This document shows positions 9,382-17,767 of a DNA stretch of 64,000 nt, in pieces (positions within the stretch are counted from its first letter, which is position 1; each line of letters starts with the position of its first letter). Below the pieces are notes generated by a model. It did no database searches, was not told where the DNA came from, and worked only from the letters and a program-made list of their open reading frames with translations. The position numbers were made by a program, and so were the translations under genes. This stretch comes from Candidatus Poribacteria bacterium. GTDB lineage: Bacteria > Poribacteria > WGA-4E > PCPOR2b. The stretch is taken from the NCBI GenBank assembly GCA_965208325.1, contig OZ242326.1:288001-352000 (forward strand), read 5' to 3'.

Positions 9382-11934
9382 CTATTGTGAAATTGACTTA
9401 CTAAATTGCTTCAGCGTTCCCGTCCATCGCGTGCCGCTCGGCAAAAACGCCAAGATTAACCCGTCAACCGCGGCGTCTCTGTTGGCGACGACTCCAGTCG
9501 AACGCTCCGCAGTCACGCCTTTGGAAAGGAAAAGATGGAACGAGTCTCGCTTTAACCCTTGCGTAGTATAAAAATTCCCTTGTCCTTTGGAAATGACAAC
9601 ATCTGCATCTAGCAGGGCATTCACAAATTCCGGTGTCGCCTGATTCAGGTCTGTGCCAATCGTCGCCGATCCGGAAGAGATTAACGACACATCGCCGAAT
9701 TGAATCTGGTCTCGGAGTTCTTGGAAGCATGGATGCGCAGCTATTTCTCGTAGATCATCAAGTGTGGCATCGTTTCCTGCCGGGCACCCCTTGCCGGCTA
9801 CCGTAATCTCATGACCGCATTCGGCGAGCATCTGGATGAACCATAAATCGAAGACCGCTTCACCATCATTGTCTGCCAGCCAGATTAACCGCTTTGGTTC
9901 GCCCGAGATAACTATCGAGTTGAACTTTTCAAAACAGTCGATTGCAAATGGTACATTCAATGCTTCTCTTAAGGCGCGGACGAAGTAATCTGGATTTTCT
10001 TCTATCTTCTTGACTACCCTAGCACTGTTGTAATCAATGATGTTGGCTGCAGTAATGAGTTTCAGCCGTTCTAGCCAATTGCATTCCGAAAATTCATCAA
10101 TGAGGTTTATCGCAGTCTGTCTAGCTCTGTGTTTATCTCTGCGGTAAGGATCGCGGTTACCTGTGCTGATGGCGGCAATCTCAAAGATGCATCCCCAAAG
10201 TTGCTCGGGAGTCAAATCGTCTATAACGTGTGTTCCGTCGGTTTTCTGCATATCCAACAAATCGTCGACGGCTTGGATAGCCGTTTTGCGCAACGCTGGG
10301 TCGCGCGTTGCCCGCGGTATCAATTCACACGCCGAATGTGATTGAACATGCTTGAGGAGGTTGTCCCAGTCAGGCATCCTGCGCTTTTCGAAAAACGTGA
10401 ACATGCCCGGTTTGTAGTCCGGCAAAGCCAGTCGGCTAATGGCGTGCAATCCCCTCTTGTCCAGATTTGTTTGAATTGCCTTTTGAACCGGCCCGAAGGA
10501 TGGCAATCCTAATCCAGTATCAACACGTACGCCAAAACGGACATCGTTTGCTGAGATCCCCGATGGTATAACCGTTGCATTCGCATGTACGGAATTCAGG
10601 TGTACCGAATGGCCGATTTTCACGCGATCTAACTGGCTGTTTTCAATCCGGCTCTGGACGGCTAACCCGGCAATGGGTGCAGCAACTTCCGTCGAAATCG
10701 AGTTTGATTCAATTGCGGTGTCCCGTGCTTGTACGTCCGTCAATCCGACAAGGTCACCTACGGTTGTATTTTGCCCCAACACCACATTTTCAAGACGGCA
10801 GTAATTTCCAATCCGCACCCCTGCGCCGAGATGAACGCGTCCCAATATATAACAACCGTGCCCAATCTCAATTTTTTCGCTTTCCATGAAGATCTGCGCG
10901 TTCGGATCGACGCGTATGCCTTTTTGTGCCAGTCGGCGCCGTGAATTCTCAAAAAGGCTGTCCTCACCGGCGTGGACGTTTGCCCAACGGTTCACTCCGG
11001 AAATAATTTCTTCCTCATAGATATAGGCGTTTGTCTTTAGCCCATCGTCGTAGCAATGCCGAATCAAATCTACATGATGAAGTTCCGATTTGCTGCCGTG
11101 TGGCTGCAATCTATCCATCCTATCAATCGCGGCATCTCGGCGAATCAGCGTGATACCGGTATTCGTGAAAGCCTCCTCGCGTTCGAAGCGGCGCCGCATT
11201 TCACGCTGTTCAGCATTAGTCATGTCGAACCATTCTTTCGTACCCGTAAACTTCCCGTCGATATCGAAAAACAATCCCCCTTTGTCGATTACAGTCTCTG
11301 GAATTTTTCCGCAAAGGGTGATATCTGCTCCGGCAATAACGTGCGAAATGAGCGTGTTTACGTACATGGCACGATTCAAAAAGGGTTCGTCGCCAAACCC
11401 AACCCCGACTAATTCAGCGTCAGAATCGGAAATTGCGCCCATCGCAGCGTGCAAGGCTGCTCCTGTTCCATAGGGTTGTTCGGGCTGGATGCATAATATT
11501 GCGTTGGGGCCAAACAGTCGATGAACTGCTTCTTGATTGAGTGCGGATACCGGTACGACGCCATCGGCGGGAATATCTGTTGATATCACTCGCGACGCCA
11601 TTTTGGCGTTTATGACGATGATGTGTGGCCGACTGCCCGGCAGGCATCTCCGCGACAGTTGCAGCGTATTCTGTTCACCAAACCACACATCCAAGTTTTT
11701 GTTCAGGTTGCCCAACGGATCAATACGCGAACCCGTACCCGCAGCTAATACCACCCATTGCGGATCAATCCATCGCGCGAGATTTTCCCCATACTTACGA
11801 TCGGCAACAACGTGAAGGAATTGTTCAATTCGATCTTCACCTTTCGCCGCATCGGGGATGCCGACTGTGTTTGTGAGATTACATCGAAGAATAGTCTCAA
11901 TTGTTTCACGCAGGTTTTCGTGAACTTTTGCCAT
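9382..11934 (-). CDS. Fusion protein: GlmU-like nucleotidyltransferase, short left-handed beta-helix, and DUF89/ARMT1-like damage-control phosphatase
   Basis: N-terminal part has VLAAGTGSR...K, QPEQPYGTG, GDEP, NTGI, SGVN and GIRVDP followed by hexapeptide repeats. C-terminal part has DPYRRDK, ANIIDY, DNDGEAVFD, NDAT and KGQGNF. Confidence 0.85.
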   Translation of the reverse strand: MAKVHENLRETIETILRCNLTNTVGIPDAAKGEDRIEQFLHVVADRKYGENLARWIDPQWVVLAAGTGSRIDPLGNLNKNLDVWFGEQNTLQLSRRCLPGSRPHIIVINAKMASRVISTDIPADGVVPVSALNQEAVHRLFGPNAILCIQPEQPYGTGAALHAAMGAISDSDAELVGVGFGDEPFLNRAMYVNTLISHVIAGADITLCGKIPETVIDKGGLFFDIDGKFTGTKEWFDMTNAEQREMRRRFEREEAFTNTGITLIRRDAAIDRMDRLQPHGSKSELHHVDLIRHCYDDGLKTNAYIYEEEIISGVNRWANVHAGEDSLFENSRRRLAQKGIRVDPNAQIFMESEKIEIGHGCYILGRVHLGAGVRIGNYCRLENVVLGQNTTVGDLVGLTDVQARDTAIESNSISTEVAAPIAGLAVQSRIENSQLDRVKIGHSVHLNSVHANATVIPSGISANDVRFGVRVDTGLGLPSFGPVQKAIQTNLDKRGLHAISRLALPDYKPGMFTFFEKRRMPDWDNLLKHVQSHSACELIPRATRDPALRKTAIQAVDDLLDMQKTDGTHVIDDLTPEQLWGCIFEIAAISTGNRDPYRRDKHRARQTAINLIDEFSECNWLERLKLITAANIIDYNSARVVKKIEENPDYFVRALREALNVPFAIDCFEKFNSIVISGEPKRLIWLADNDGEAVFDLWFIQMLAECGHEITVAGKGCPAGNDATLDDLREIAAHPCFQELRDQIQFGDVSLISSGSATIGTDLNQATPEFVNALLDADVVISKGQGNFYTTQGLKRDSFHLFLSKGVTAERSTGVVANRDAAVDGLILAFLPSGTRWTGTLKQFSKSISQ

Positions 11935-12046
11935 CTCTTACTTTGGCCTATCCCATAATATTGTACATCATCCCAAAATAAATCCCTAACCCGATATCGC
12001 TTAAGTATTGGCTGCAATCAGTCTGTATGCCTACAGTCAACATCAT

Positions 12047-12075
12047 AGTTTATCTGGTACACGCCGTGAAGTCAA
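12047..12075 (-). promoter_or_regulatory. Sigma70-type promoter for the GlmU/DUF89 fusion gene
   Basis: TTGACT-N17-TAAACT on the minus strand. Confidence 0.6.
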
Positions 12076-12105
12076 GAGTAACCTACAAAATGCGTGCCAA
12101 AACAC

Positions 12106-12134
12106 TTGACATCAAGTTGGGCAAAGGTTATGCT
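12106..12134 (+). promoter_or_regulatory. Sigma70-type promoter for the FAD oxidoreductase
   Basis: TTGACA-N17-TATGCT. Confidence 0.65.
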
Positions 12135-12225
12135 TTCGTCAGGTTAAAATAGAACCCTTGTTCTGCGGTGTTTAAGCCCTTATCATACCTGCAAATCGTC
12201 GGTCTAAACTACTCGGGAGAATTGA

Positions 12226-13395
12226 ATGGTTGTAAACGGACAACATCATTCTCATACCCGCAAATTAAAGGTCGTAGTAATCGGCGCGGGAATAATTGGG
12301 GCGTCAATTGCCTACCGCCTTTCACGCCGCAATCATATCTCCGTGAACGTCTTAGAGAGCGGTAAGCCAGGTAGCGGTGCTTCCGGCCATAGCTTCGCCT
12401 GGCTAAATTCTTTCCGCAAAGAACCCGAGGCCTATCACCATTTTAATCGGTTGTCAATGGACGTTTGGCACCGCTATGCTGAAGAACTCGGCACGGATGC
12501 CGGACTGCACTGCCGCGGAATGTTGCGTTGGGAAAACACGGACGAGGGGGCGAAGTTACTTAGCCAGCGCGTCAAGCAGTTACAGGAGCGAGGTTATCCT
12601 TGCCGGCTGATTTCGGTCGAAGAAATGCGTCAACTTGAACCGGGAATTTCCCCGGGGTCGGTGAGTGCCGTTTCCTTATCGGAGATTGATGGAATTGTGG
12701 AACCGCTCAAAGTTATCGGTGCCTGCTTGCAACGGGCGCGCGAGCGAGGGGCTGAATTGCGTACCCAGAGCCCGGTCACCGGGCTGCGCTTAGGAAAAAA
12801 CGGCAGCAAGTCCCAATGTGTGGAGGCCGTTAACACGCCGGACGGAGAGATTCAATGTGATATACTGGTGGTTGCAAGCGGTATTGCTACCACGGTGCAT
12901 GCGGCCATGGCGGGCGTGCATGTTCCGCAGGAATATAGCCCCGGTGTGGTGATAAGGACGGATCCACGTCCGCAGTTGCTGCAAAACGTTTCCGTGTTAC
13001 ACACGCCCGCTTCAGAAAAAGAAGAATCGGAGATTCATCTGCGGCAAGCCGCCGATGGAACGGTCATCATGGGCGAAGGTTCGCAGGAGAGTGTGCACCG
13101 AGACGACTCGCAAGAACATGCCAATGCGCTATTACAGCGTGCAATAAATTGCCTGCCAGCACTCGCAGGCGCGCGGGCTATTCCGGTGCCTCTGGGTCAT
13201 CGACCGATGCCAATAGACGGTTTGCCAATCCTAGGATTCGCGCCGGCAGTGCCAAATCTGTATATCGCCGTGATGCACAGCGGGGTGACGTTAGCCCCGC
13301 TTGTGAGCGAGCTAGCGGCGTTGGAAATTGTTGACGGCGCGCGTGTTGAAACGCTCGCTCCCTACCGTCCGGAGCGATTCCGCCCGCAAAAATGA
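12226..13395 (+). CDS. FAD-dependent oxidoreductase (DAO/glycine-oxidase family)
   Basis: VVIGAGIIG, GASGHSFAWLN, RPMPIDGLPILG and HSGVTLAP. Confidence 0.9.
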   Translation: MVVNGQHHSHTRKLKVVVIGAGIIGASIAYRLSRRNHISVNVLESGKPGSGASGHSFAWLNSFRKEPEAYHHFNRLSMDVWHRYAEELGTDAGLHCRGMLRWENTDEGAKLLSQRVKQLQERGYPCRLISVEEMRQLEPGISPGSVSAVSLSEIDGIVEPLKVIGACLQRARERGAELRTQSPVTGLRLGKNGSKSQCVEAVNTPDGEIQCDILVVASGIATTVHAAMAGVHVPQEYSPGVVIRTDPRPQLLQNVSVLHTPASEKEESEIHLRQAADGTVIMGEGSQESVHRDDSQEHANALLQRAINCLPALAGARAIPVPLGHRPMPIDGLPILGFAPAVPNLYIAVMHSGVTLAPLVSELAALEIVDGARVETLAPYRPERFRPQK

Positions 13396-13465
13396 CCATC
13401 TTTTGAAGGTTGAGCAGAGCGATTGACCGACCGAATTAGAACAGTGATATTCTTCACGAACGTCT

Positions 13466-13690
13466 CTGTAGGATCGGCTTTCCAGCCGCGATAATAAACG
13501 TCAATCGTCCGTGTATGAGCGGATCAAGCGACCGAATAACGAGCGCGATAGCATCAAATTCCGCTACCGTAAGAATAATCGCGGCTAGGGAGCCGCTTCT
13601 ACAGGGTTAGTCAATAGTAAATGGTCGAGGCTAGGAAGCCTCTCCTACGGGGATAATCAAAAGTCGCGCCTGGGAGGCCGTTTGTTCAGG
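13466..13690. repeat. GTAG-REP cluster: inverted pair (REPIN-like) plus two further copies
   Basis: CTGTAGGATCGGCTTTCCAGCCGCGAT (13466-13492) is inverted with ATCGCGGCTAGGGAGCCGCTTCTACAG (13578-13604). Further copies at 13624-13648 and, degenerate, at about 13663-13690. Confidence 0.8.
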
Positions 13691-13711
13691 GAAGAAGGAG
13701 AAAGGGAATCA

Positions 13712-14779
13712 ATGAGCCATAAATCGATTGAACTGCTTGCGGAGCTGACTCAAGCCGACGCCATCCCGGGCCATGAGGAGGAGGTCAGGCGAATATTCCA
13801 ATCGCGGTTGGAAGCGGTTGGAATAATCCAAAAAGATCGATTAGGGAGTGTTTTCTGCACAAAGCGCGGCAACGCAGAAGAACCGCGAGTTTTGCTTGAT
13901 TCGCACATGGACGAAGTTGGATTCATGGTTCAGAGTGTTACTGGGACGGGGTATGTCAAATTTCTTCCTGTCGGCGGATGGTGGGCGCATACACTGCTTG
14001 CGCAGCGGGTCAACATTTTGACGAAAAAGGGCAAGGTCCCCGGTGTGGTTGGGTCTACACCGCCGCATCTCCTAAGCGGCAATTCGCGAGATGTGGTGAT
14101 GGATATTAAAGACCTTTACATTGATATAGGCGCGGACAATTCTGATCAGGCGGCGGAAGAATTTGGCGTGAAGCCCGGTTGCCCAATTGCGCCGTACGGG
14201 CCGTTTATGCCGATGAAAAACCCGAAGCTGTTTTCCGCAAAGGCGTTTGATAATCGGGTCGGTGTGGGATTGGTAATAGAAACGCTTCAACAGCTAAGCG
14301 ATCACCCAAATACCGTTATCGGCGCTGGGAGCGTTCAGGAAGAGGTCGGGTTGCGCGGCGCACGGACGGTTGCCGCTGCGGTGCAGCCTGATGTAGCGAT
14401 TGTGTTGGAGGGGCCGCCCGCAGACGATTTGCCGAATGTTGGCAGCGATACTTTGCAGGGCAAGCTGGGCGGGGGTGTTCAGATTCGGTTGTATGATCCC
14501 GCAATGATTGCCAATCCGCGATTGGCGGAACTTGTGATTGACACTGCGGCCGCACACCAGATACCACATCAGATTGCTGTGCGTACTTCTGGAGGCACGG
14601 ATGGCGGGGCGATCCATCAGGTAGGGCGCGGCGTACCGTCAATTGTACTAGGCGTACCAGCACGTTATGTCCACAGCCATGTGTCTATCATAAACATAGA
14701 CGATTACCGAGCGGCATTAGGCTTGCTGTTGTGTCTGTTACCGCAACTCGATACGTCAGTCGTTGATAGTCTGGTATAG
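13712..14779 (+). CDS. M42 family metalloaminopeptidase (TET/FrvX-like)
   Basis: PGHEEEVR, SHMDEVG, KAFDNRVG, QEEVGLRGA, GGTDGG and RYVHS. ATG 13712 follows an AG-rich RBS. Confidence 0.93.
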   Translation: MSHKSIELLAELTQADAIPGHEEEVRRIFQSRLEAVGIIQKDRLGSVFCTKRGNAEEPRVLLDSHMDEVGFMVQSVTGTGYVKFLPVGGWWAHTLLAQRVNILTKKGKVPGVVGSTPPHLLSGNSRDVVMDIKDLYIDIGADNSDQAAEEFGVKPGCPIAPYGPFMPMKNPKLFSAKAFDNRVGVGLVIETLQQLSDHPNTVIGAGSVQEEVGLRGARTVAAAVQPDVAIVLEGPPADDLPNVGSDTLQGKLGGGVQIRLYDPAMIANPRLAELVIDTAAAHQIPHQIAVRTSGGTDGGAIHQVGRGVPSIVLGVPARYVHSHVSIINIDDYRAALGLLLCLLPQLDTSVVDSLV

Positions 14780-14807
14780 AAATTTGAGGCAGCAAGTAAT
14801 GAGTTCT

Positions 14808-15451
14808 TGTAGGTTGGGTTGAGAGGAGATTATAAAAGGGCACAGTATTTTGTAAGCGATTTGTATGTTCTAATTGTTTAATTTAGCGAATGATGTAGCG
14901 TAACCCAACGCTATTCGTAAATCCAAACCGACTCGGTTTACGATACCTGTCGCAATTACCAAAAATCGTTTGGTTTTCTTGACGCAATTTGCAAAATGAG
15001 GTGTTCAATGCGCCATACAAATCTAACCTAGAATTGGTTATCGAATTGCTCGCTGCCACCAACCTACAAAAGCCCATATGCTTACGCATCACTCATTACG
15101 CATTATGCATTACTCATTACTCATTATTATTTTCTGTAGGTTGGGTTGAGCGGACACTGTGAAAAGCGCGCAGTATTTTTAAAGAGATTCGTATGTTCAG
15201 ATGGTTTGATTAATTGAATGATGTAGCGTAACCCAACGCTTTTCGTAGATCCGAACCGACTCGGTTTACGATACCTGTCGCAATTACCAAAAATCGTTTG
15301 GTTTTTCTTGACGCAATTTGCAAAATGAGGTGTTCAATGCGCTGTACAAATCTAACCTAGAATTGGTAATCGAATTGCTCGCTGCCGCCAACCTACAAAA
15401 GCCCATATGCTTACGCATCACTCATTACGCATTACTCATTACGCATTACTC
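14808..15451. repeat. Tandem duplication (327-bp period) of a ~262-bp element bounded by TGTAGGTTGG...CCAACCTACA, each copy followed by a CGCATTA/CTCATTA heptamer array
   Basis: Copy 1 spans 14808-15068 and copy 2 spans 15135-15397; their 3' two-thirds are nearly identical. Heptamers at 15085-15126 and 15414-15451. Confidence 0.92.
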
Positions 15452-15528
15452 TTTGCCACAAGGCGCATGACCGCATGTGGATTTGAGACGATTTAGCAGA
15501 ATTCAGCGGAGATTTAGTTTTCTTGACA

Positions 15529-17358
15529 CTATTTCGCAATCACCATCCGCTTCATCTGATGAAGAGATGGCGTAGAAAGTCGGTAATAATACACACCGCT
15601 TGCCGCCCGTTCGCCCAAATCGTCGCGTCCGTCCCAATAGGCGGCGCGTGACCGGTTTTGATAGAAGCCTGCAGATTGGAATCCCAACGAAAGCGTCCGA
15701 ATTTCCCCGCCGTTTGCGTCATAAATTGACACGGTTACCGGTGCAGTTTCGGATAGGTGGTACGGAATCCATGTTTCCGGGTTGAACGGATTGGGATAGT
15801 TCTGCAGCAGAAGCGTTCGTTCGGGCGTTCCAACGCCGTCAAGCCTAACTGGCAAAACCGCGTTTATAAGTGCGTCGGGTGTTACTGTGAAATCGAACTT
15901 TTCTGAAGCAATCGCCCCGGTTGTGTCGGTCACGGTAATTCTTAACATGTCACCAACTTGTGCAATGTTGCGGCGCGAAATATTGGCGGTCGCTGCGGCG
16001 AAGTACCCATTTCGCACATCGCCTGTCGTAGTAACACCGGTGTCCAAGTTTTGCACTGTGAGGACGTAGCCATCGTGGTTTAGCTCGCTCTCTAAGTGTC
16101 CGCTGATAACAAAAGCCCAAACACCTGAAATCGTTTCGGCGCTAGGCGCCGCAACAATTGGCGGTTGATTCTTCCACGCGGCGCCAACAAATGAGACCTC
16201 CCGCGGCTGCAAAAGGTTGACGATGTAACCCTTCCCGCCTTCAATTGAAAATCCGTCGTCCGGTGCGTCAGGCGTCCACCCGATAAATCTCTGATTCTCC
16301 TCATCAAGGTCAACTACTATCGTCGCACCGACCATCTGCGCTAAGGAACGAGCAGTCATCGGCGTCGTTGGGTTAAGGGGAACTGAGAGCATGTTCAAGC
16401 CTTGAGCCAGAGATACAAGAAAAACGTTACTATACGCTTCGGCAGTCTCACCCGTAAAGGGGTTGGCAATAAATCCGTACCTGCGTCCATCTTGAGCGTC
16501 GTAGTAGCCAACTACCCGACCATCCTTGTCAATATCCCGCCCCACCGTGGTCACGCTGCCTGGGAATTTCAACTCATTCATCGTGCCATTCGGGTGGCGG
16601 ATGTAAGTGCGTTCGGGGCTATTCAACGCTTTCGCTCTGAACACGATGATACCGGCATCGTTTATTGCATTCACGAAAAGGTACTCTAAATTTGACAACA
16701 TGCCCGGAAAATTAAAAGTGATATAGCTGCCATCGGCCTGGCGTGCATACCCGTGATATACCCCATCGGCGTCGACGTAACTCCCAACTAGGATTCCGTC
16801 GGCGTTCATGTCGTCGGCATAAGTTGTCATTGCTCCCGGTACGTCGAACAGTTCATTCCCCACAAAGCCGTGAATTACCCCATCAGAATCAAAAATATCG
16901 CCTATAAGCAAGCCTGATTCACTAACGCCAAAAATTTCCGTTTCGGCTGCACCCGGAAAATCGAATTCTTCCAATTCACCGTGCTGAATGATTACACCGT
17001 GCGAGACCTCGTCTGCATCTTGATAGAATCCGACAGCCAGGCCCGCATTGTTGAGTCCGTAAATGCCAAAAGTGCGGGAATTGGGCACGTTATAAGCGGC
17101 ATAAACTCCGTCAATCAGCGTAAAGCCGACCATTTTCTCGCTGTCAAGGCCTCGGGCGTTGCCAGCGAAATGTCCGAGGTCATTGGTTGAAATCAACTCC
17201 AGAAATTCGACGCCGGGCACCTTAATTGTCTCAAAAACATAGTCTACAGCAGTTTCAGTTGGCTCAGACTGCACCCAGAGTTGTGCGTTCCCATTCATTG
17301 ATAAAAGAGTGAGCCAGACGATCGTGAGAAACGCGAAACGAAAAGCCAGGGTTTTCAT
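15529..17358 (-). CDS. Secreted protein with HAF-like beta-propeller repeats and a T9SS type-A-like/FlgD-Ig C-terminal sorting domain
   Basis: Signal peptide; repeats of the form F.(V/F)PG....(I/M)N..G..VG.Y.D.DG..HG; C-terminal LLLQNYPNPFNPETWIPYHL...YWDGRDDLGERAASGVYYYRL...KRMVIAK. AAGGAG RBS. Confidence 0.85.
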   Translation of the reverse strand: MKTLAFRFAFLTIVWLTLLSMNGNAQLWVQSEPTETAVDYVFETIKVPGVEFLELISTNDLGHFAGNARGLDSEKMVGFTLIDGVYAAYNVPNSRTFGIYGLNNAGLAVGFYQDADEVSHGVIIQHGELEEFDFPGAAETEIFGVSESGLLIGDIFDSDGVIHGFVGNELFDVPGAMTTYADDMNADGILVGSYVDADGVYHGYARQADGSYITFNFPGMLSNLEYLFVNAINDAGIIVFRAKALNSPERTYIRHPNGTMNELKFPGSVTTVGRDIDKDGRVVGYYDAQDGRRYGFIANPFTGETAEAYSNVFLVSLAQGLNMLSVPLNPTTPMTARSLAQMVGATIVVDLDEENQRFIGWTPDAPDDGFSIEGGKGYIVNLLQPREVSFVGAAWKNQPPIVAAPSAETISGVWAFVISGHLESELNHDGYVLTVQNLDTGVTTTGDVRNGYFAAATANISRRNIAQVGDMLRITVTDTTGAIASEKFDFTVTPDALINAVLPVRLDGVGTPERTLLLQNYPNPFNPETWIPYHLSETAPVTVSIYDANGGEIRTLSLGFQSAGFYQNRSRAAYWDGRDDLGERAASGVYYYRLSTPSLHQMKRMVIAK

Positions 17359-17767
17359 TCGTGTGGGTCTCCTTGGTTGAGTGGATTAGCGCCGGTTTGC
17401 GCTAGAAATTGATGATCAATTAATTGACTGTTATGTGATTATTTTGAAGGACAAGCCGCTTCAAAACGGCACATTTAACAATAAGCTTTGGATTCGCCTT
17501 ACCGAGGCCTTAAAATGCTGAAACCGAATGTTTTGGAGGCGACATTCGTTCCAACCGTCGTCAAAGCCATGCCACTGTTTTAATCATCCATTTAACGGGT
17601 GGAATAGAAATGGGGCGTACCGAGAATACCGCTGTTATTTCACGGAAGGGTAAAATTGCCTTGGTGTTACTTCCATTTACGGATTGCACGTGTTTGCGGA
17701 CGAGAGTCGAATTAACTGACGTGTGAGAAGGTATGCGGTGCATCAATACAAAATACGGCCCTGCGAT

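Noticed and set aside
14883..15092. 69-aa ORF inside the duplicated element
   Set aside because: The second copy has an extra T in the GTTTTTC run that shifts the frame; no protein-like features.
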